Part shown: positions 60,431-64,000 of the stretch, in pieces
Numbering within the stretch: position 1 is the stretch's first letter
How the letters are laid out: the number at the start of each line of letters is the position of its first letter
NCBI GenBank assembly: GCA_965198115.1
Contig: OZ240241.1
Coordinates: 2,112,001 to 2,176,000 of the forward strand
Length of the DNA: 64,000 nt
Direction: 5' to 3'
Source of the DNA: Candidatus Latescibacterota bacterium
GTDB lineage: Bacteria; Latescibacterota; UBA2968
Notes under the pieces: model-generated
The model's database searches: none
What the model saw: only the letters and a program-made list of their open reading frames with translations
What the model was told of the DNA's origin: nothing
Made by a program: the position numbers and the translations under genes

Positions 60431-61531
60431 TTAACGGTTCTTTACCATCGTAATCGAGGTGCCAGCGGATCCCGACTCGATTCTGACCTCATCCATCAAC
60501 TCTTCCATAATGCGTAGGCCCCAACCTCGTTTGCTTTCCCCCGACGCTCGACGCTCTTCAACGGCTTTCTTCGCGACTGTAGGATCGAATCCCTCCCCCG
60601 AATCCGCAATCTGGATCGTCAGTGCATCTTCCCCGATCTCGAAATTGATGCGCACTTTCCGATCCTTGCTCTGACTGTGTTCGAACGAGTTGATACACGC
60701 CTCGATGATAGGCAGTTTGATCTCTTCGGTCTTGTCCCGGTCCAGTTCCATGAACGTCGCCACCGCTTCGGCCGTTTTCGTCGCGGCGAGTTCCATTTCG
60801 GGCAGCATCGGAATCGACAGATCGACGCTCGGACTGGTTTCTTTTTCACTCACGGCAGTCCTGGACCTCTTGTGTTTGCCCTCTCCGACAACCCAATGAG
60901 TCTGGATGTTTCCAACCCCGGCGAGCCTGCGCCAACCTGCATCTTCGAACGAGAACCGATCGGCGACAGCCAGTTCGATCGAATCGTCCACCAGGATCTG
61001 TCCCGCCGGCGCCCCATCACACAGACGCGCGGCCTGAACGACCGCGGGACCGATGCAAGTGTATTCCATCCGGCGAATCGAGCCCACGTTTCCCGCGACG
61101 ACACGTCCCCTGGACATCCCGAACGCGAGAGGAACAGGCTCGGGTTTCCTGCGGTTGAAGCGGGCGACCTCATCGCGCATTGCAACCGCCGTCCGCACCG
61201 CACGAACCGTGTCGTCCGCCTGGCTCAGGGGGGCTCCGTAGACGACCATGAACCCGTCGCCCATGTATTTATCCAGCGTCCCGCCGTTCTCAAATATAAG
61301 CTCGTTCAAGCGCGTAAAGCAATCGTTCAGCAGCGATACCATCTCCTCTGCACCGATACGCGTCAGTAAATTCGTCGATTTCCGAATGTCTGCACACAAC
61401 ACCGTGACATCGCGTTCTTCGCCTCCGAGCGAAAGCATCCCATCCCCCTCGACCATCGCGTCGACGACCTGATCGCTGACATACGCCTTGAACATCGACC
61501 GCAAGCGCATCTCCTCCGACAAGTCCTCTAG
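60431..61531 (-). pseudogene. Class III cyclase fused to a C-terminal RsbW-type HATPase, 5' part cut off by IS1380
   Basis: Cyclase motifs CADIRKST, DKYMGDG and GNVGS...AARL. Kinase motifs EACINS, IADSGEGFD, GWGL and GTSITM. The frame is open up to the IS1380 boundary. Confidence 0.85.
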
Positions 61532-61551
61532 CCTGAATTATGCATAAAAAG

Positions 61552-62971
61552 GGCTCTATCCGGGTTTCTCAACGGTGAAACTATAGAATGACAAGGTCAT
61601 AGATCGTTCCCTACGCTTGGTTGTGTGTGTAGGACAATCAAAGCGAAGGGGGTGCGACCTATGACCGGGAGCAGATTACTATCGAAACTGCTGAGATTCA
61701 AGGGGTTCCGTGTTGTCAGCTGGTGGTTTGAGGGGAGAAGCTGTTTCGTCATCGCCGTAAAGCCACATAAGAATGGTTGTTGTTGTCTGGAGTGCGGCCG
61801 TCGAGGTAAAATCGTCCGCACAATGCCCCATCCGCGTCGGTGGCGTGACATTCCGGTGTGCGGGTGGAGGGTCTGGCTTCTCTACCATCCTCGGGAGATT
61901 CGGTGTCCTACCCACGGTCGTGTGGTCGAGGAGATTCCGTGGGCGGAGCGGTTCTCTCGGGTGACGTATCGCTTCGAGTATGCCATGCTGCGCTACTGCC
62001 AGACCATGACGCAGAAGGCGGCGTCCGAGTTACTGCGCATCTCTGCCTCGACGCTGTCGGATCTCCTTCACCGATCCATCACGCGGCTTCGTGAAGGTCA
62101 TCGTATCCGAGGGCTCAAAACCATCGGGATCGACGAGATCTCCTACGCCAAGCGTCACAGGTACGCCACGCTCGTTTACGATCTGGACCGCTCCTGCGTG
62201 GTGTGGGTTGGCCGCGGCAGGGCGCGTAAAACGATCGATCGGTTCTTCACAGAGGCTCTCAGTCCCTACCAGAGATCCAAGATCGAGTGGGCCTGCTGCG
62301 ACATGAGCGAAGCTTACATCGGAGCCATCCAGGAACACTGTCCGAATGCCAAGCTGGTCCTCGATCGCTTTCACATCGTCAAGGCTCTCAATGCCGCCGT
62401 TGACGAGGTCCGTAAGGACCAGTGGCGTAAAGCTGCCCCGGATGAGCGCAAAGCCATGAAGGGCCTCCGATGGCTCCTCTACCGGCACTCAGCGACACGC
62501 TCCAGAGGGGATACTCGGACACTCAAAGCACTGGAGAAGGCGAACTACCGAATCTATAGAGCCTGGAGACTCAAGGACGAGTTCGAGCAGTTCTGGGAAT
62601 ACAAAGCGCCCTGGGCTGCCGAACGCTTCCTGAAATGCTGGACGACGTCCGCACTCAGAAGTCGACTTGAACCCCTGCGAAAGTTCGTCAGGACCCTGCG
62701 ACAGCACTTCTTCGGCGTCCTCGCATTCGTGAACACGCGTCTTACCAACGCCATCGCCGAAGGCCTCAACCGAATCGTCCAAATCGTCAAGAACCGAGCC
62801 AGCGGATTCCGCACACTCGACGCATTCAACGATATGATCTTCCTTACCGTCGGAGACATAAACATCCCTGAGCAGATTCCGAAGAGGTTCCGCACACGCT
62901 AACCGCGCCCCCATGCCAGGAACCACGGCACCTTCACCCACTTCATCTCGTTGAGAGATCCGGATATAGCC
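61552..62971 (+). mobile_element. ISL3-family element, copy 4 (1420 bp)
   Basis: Same IRs and 8-bp TSD ATAAAAAG (61544-61551, 62972-62979). Confidence 0.96.
61661..62902 (+). CDS. ISL3 transposase
   Basis: Near-identical to copies 1 and 2. Confidence 0.95.
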   Translation: MTGSRLLSKLLRFKGFRVVSWWFEGRSCFVIAVKPHKNGCCCLECGRRGKIVRTMPHPRRWRDIPVCGWRVWLLYHPREIRCPTHGRVVEEIPWAERFSRVTYRFEYAMLRYCQTMTQKAASELLRISASTLSDLLHRSITRLREGHRIRGLKTIGIDEISYAKRHRYATLVYDLDRSCVVWVGRGRARKTIDRFFTEALSPYQRSKIEWACCDMSEAYIGAIQEHCPNAKLVLDRFHIVKALNAAVDEVRKDQWRKAAPDERKAMKGLRWLLYRHSATRSRGDTRTLKALEKANYRIYRAWRLKDEFEQFWEYKAPWAAERFLKCWTTSALRSRLEPLRKFVRTLRQHFFGVLAFVNTRLTNAIAEGLNRIVQIVKNRASGFRTLDAFNDMIFLTVGDINIPEQIPKRFRTR

Positions 62972-63056
62972 ATAAAAAGGTAGTCCCCTTGTACAAGTGT
63001 TTGTTTTTCCCTACATTAGGGCTGACACATCAAAACAACACTTGGAAGGAACTACC

Positions 63057-63682
63057 GTGATAGAACCTAGTCAGATCCGGTTACCATTCGCAAGCATTTC
63101 GGGCAAGGTAGTTGAGGCTGATTTTGCCGGTGGCGCCGTCAGGAGTGACGGTGGAGTTCTGTTGCTTCGCGCCCTTGAGTCTCAGATGGGATTGATCGCC
63201 AGAATGGTAGATGCTTTGCGAGATCGTCGTCACCCAAGCTATATCGATCACACGCTTTTGGATCTTGTGAAGCAGCGTGTTTTTCAGATCGCTTGCGGCT
63301 ATGAAGATGCCGTCGATTGTGATGATTTGCGCCACGATCCGGGCGTCAAGGCTGCCTGCGATCGGCTTCCTCTTTCCGGTCCTGATCTCGGGAGCCAATC
63401 AACGATGACACGACTTGAGAATGATGTGCGACGCTCGGATTTGTATCGGCTCGCACGGGCTTTTGTAGACGGGTTCATCGCATCGTATGACCAGGCACCC
63501 CCAAGCATCATTCTCGATATCGACGACACGGATGACCCAACGCACGGTGCGCAACAATTTTCACTCTTCAACGCGTATTACAATGAACACTGCTATATGC
63601 CGCTACATATCTATGAAGGCCAAAGCGGCAAGCTCATTACGACGATCTTGAGACCCGGGCATCCGACGAACGGTAAACAGGT
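63057..63682 (+). pseudogene. IS1380 transposase N-terminal part, interrupted by IS256
   Basis: SDGGVLLL, GYED, LRHDP, SQSTMTRLEN, LDIDDTDDPTHGAQQ, YMPLH and LRPG motifs. Confidence 0.9.
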
Positions 63683-64000
63683 GAGCTATAATCAAAAGGT
63701 GTGGAAAAAGAGAAAGGGCGACCCTACCCTTCCCGTGAGATAGTTGATTCACACAAAACCGGGTGAGAGGCCCGGTTGGGAAGGAGGATCGCCGTGAAGG
63801 AACATACGCATAGAGCCCCATTGAAGTCCATGCCGACGTGGGAGACGGTTGACGATTGGATCCGTGAAGAGATCCAGGGCCGGTTCCAGTCCATTCTGGA
63901 GGAGGAGGCGACCGCGTTCTTGGGCCGGTCGTGGTATGAGCGCCGAGCCGAGGTCGATAGCTCCAGGGGCTACAGGAACGGCTACGGCAAGCCCCGGCGT
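63683..64000 (+). mobile_element. IS256-family element A, second copy (partial, transposase from GTG 63794)
   Basis: Near-identical to the reverse complement of about 41565-41853. Confidence 0.92.

Larger units (their letters stand above)
61532..63682 (+). mobile_element. IS1380-family element, left part, interrupted by ISL3 and IS256
   Basis: CCTGAATTATGCAT end resembles IS1380 IRs and is contiguous with the transposase leader once ISL3 copy 4 is removed. Confidence 0.75.

Overview
GC-rich bacterial chromosomal segment. The outer-membrane beta-barrel genes indicate a diderm, and the gene content is compatible with an FCB-group lineage (inference). Positions 1-38 kb are mostly intact housekeeping genes: glgB, an Omp85-DUF4390-NtrY-NtrX cluster, a long minus-strand run from tadA through tRNAs, a large SRP RNA, dnaX, ybaB, recR, pgsA, pgpA, thpR, recA, recX, alaS, an archaeal-type GGGP synthase, ptsH, ptsI, metK and ahcY, then a two-component system with a multi-spondin lipoprotein and a class III cyclase. 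From tRNA-Asn (38.4 kb) onward the region is heavily invaded by insertion sequences: four ISL3 copies (one internally deleted), three IS256-family copies, IS200, ISAzo13 and IS1380, several nested in each other's ends. They disrupt a serine-recombinase remnant, an ABC-F gene and an operon that can be reconstructed as a class III cyclase fused to an RsbW-type kinase followed by a STAS protein, which is the best candidate for an undescribed system. Other notable signals are a candidate Fibrobacter-type SOS box in the recA promoter, two probable CTG starts, a candidate attenuator upstream of the ABC-F gene, dispersed heptamer repeat arrays, and six small frameshifts that may be sequencing errors. 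All calls come from motif recognition by eye, with no database searches.
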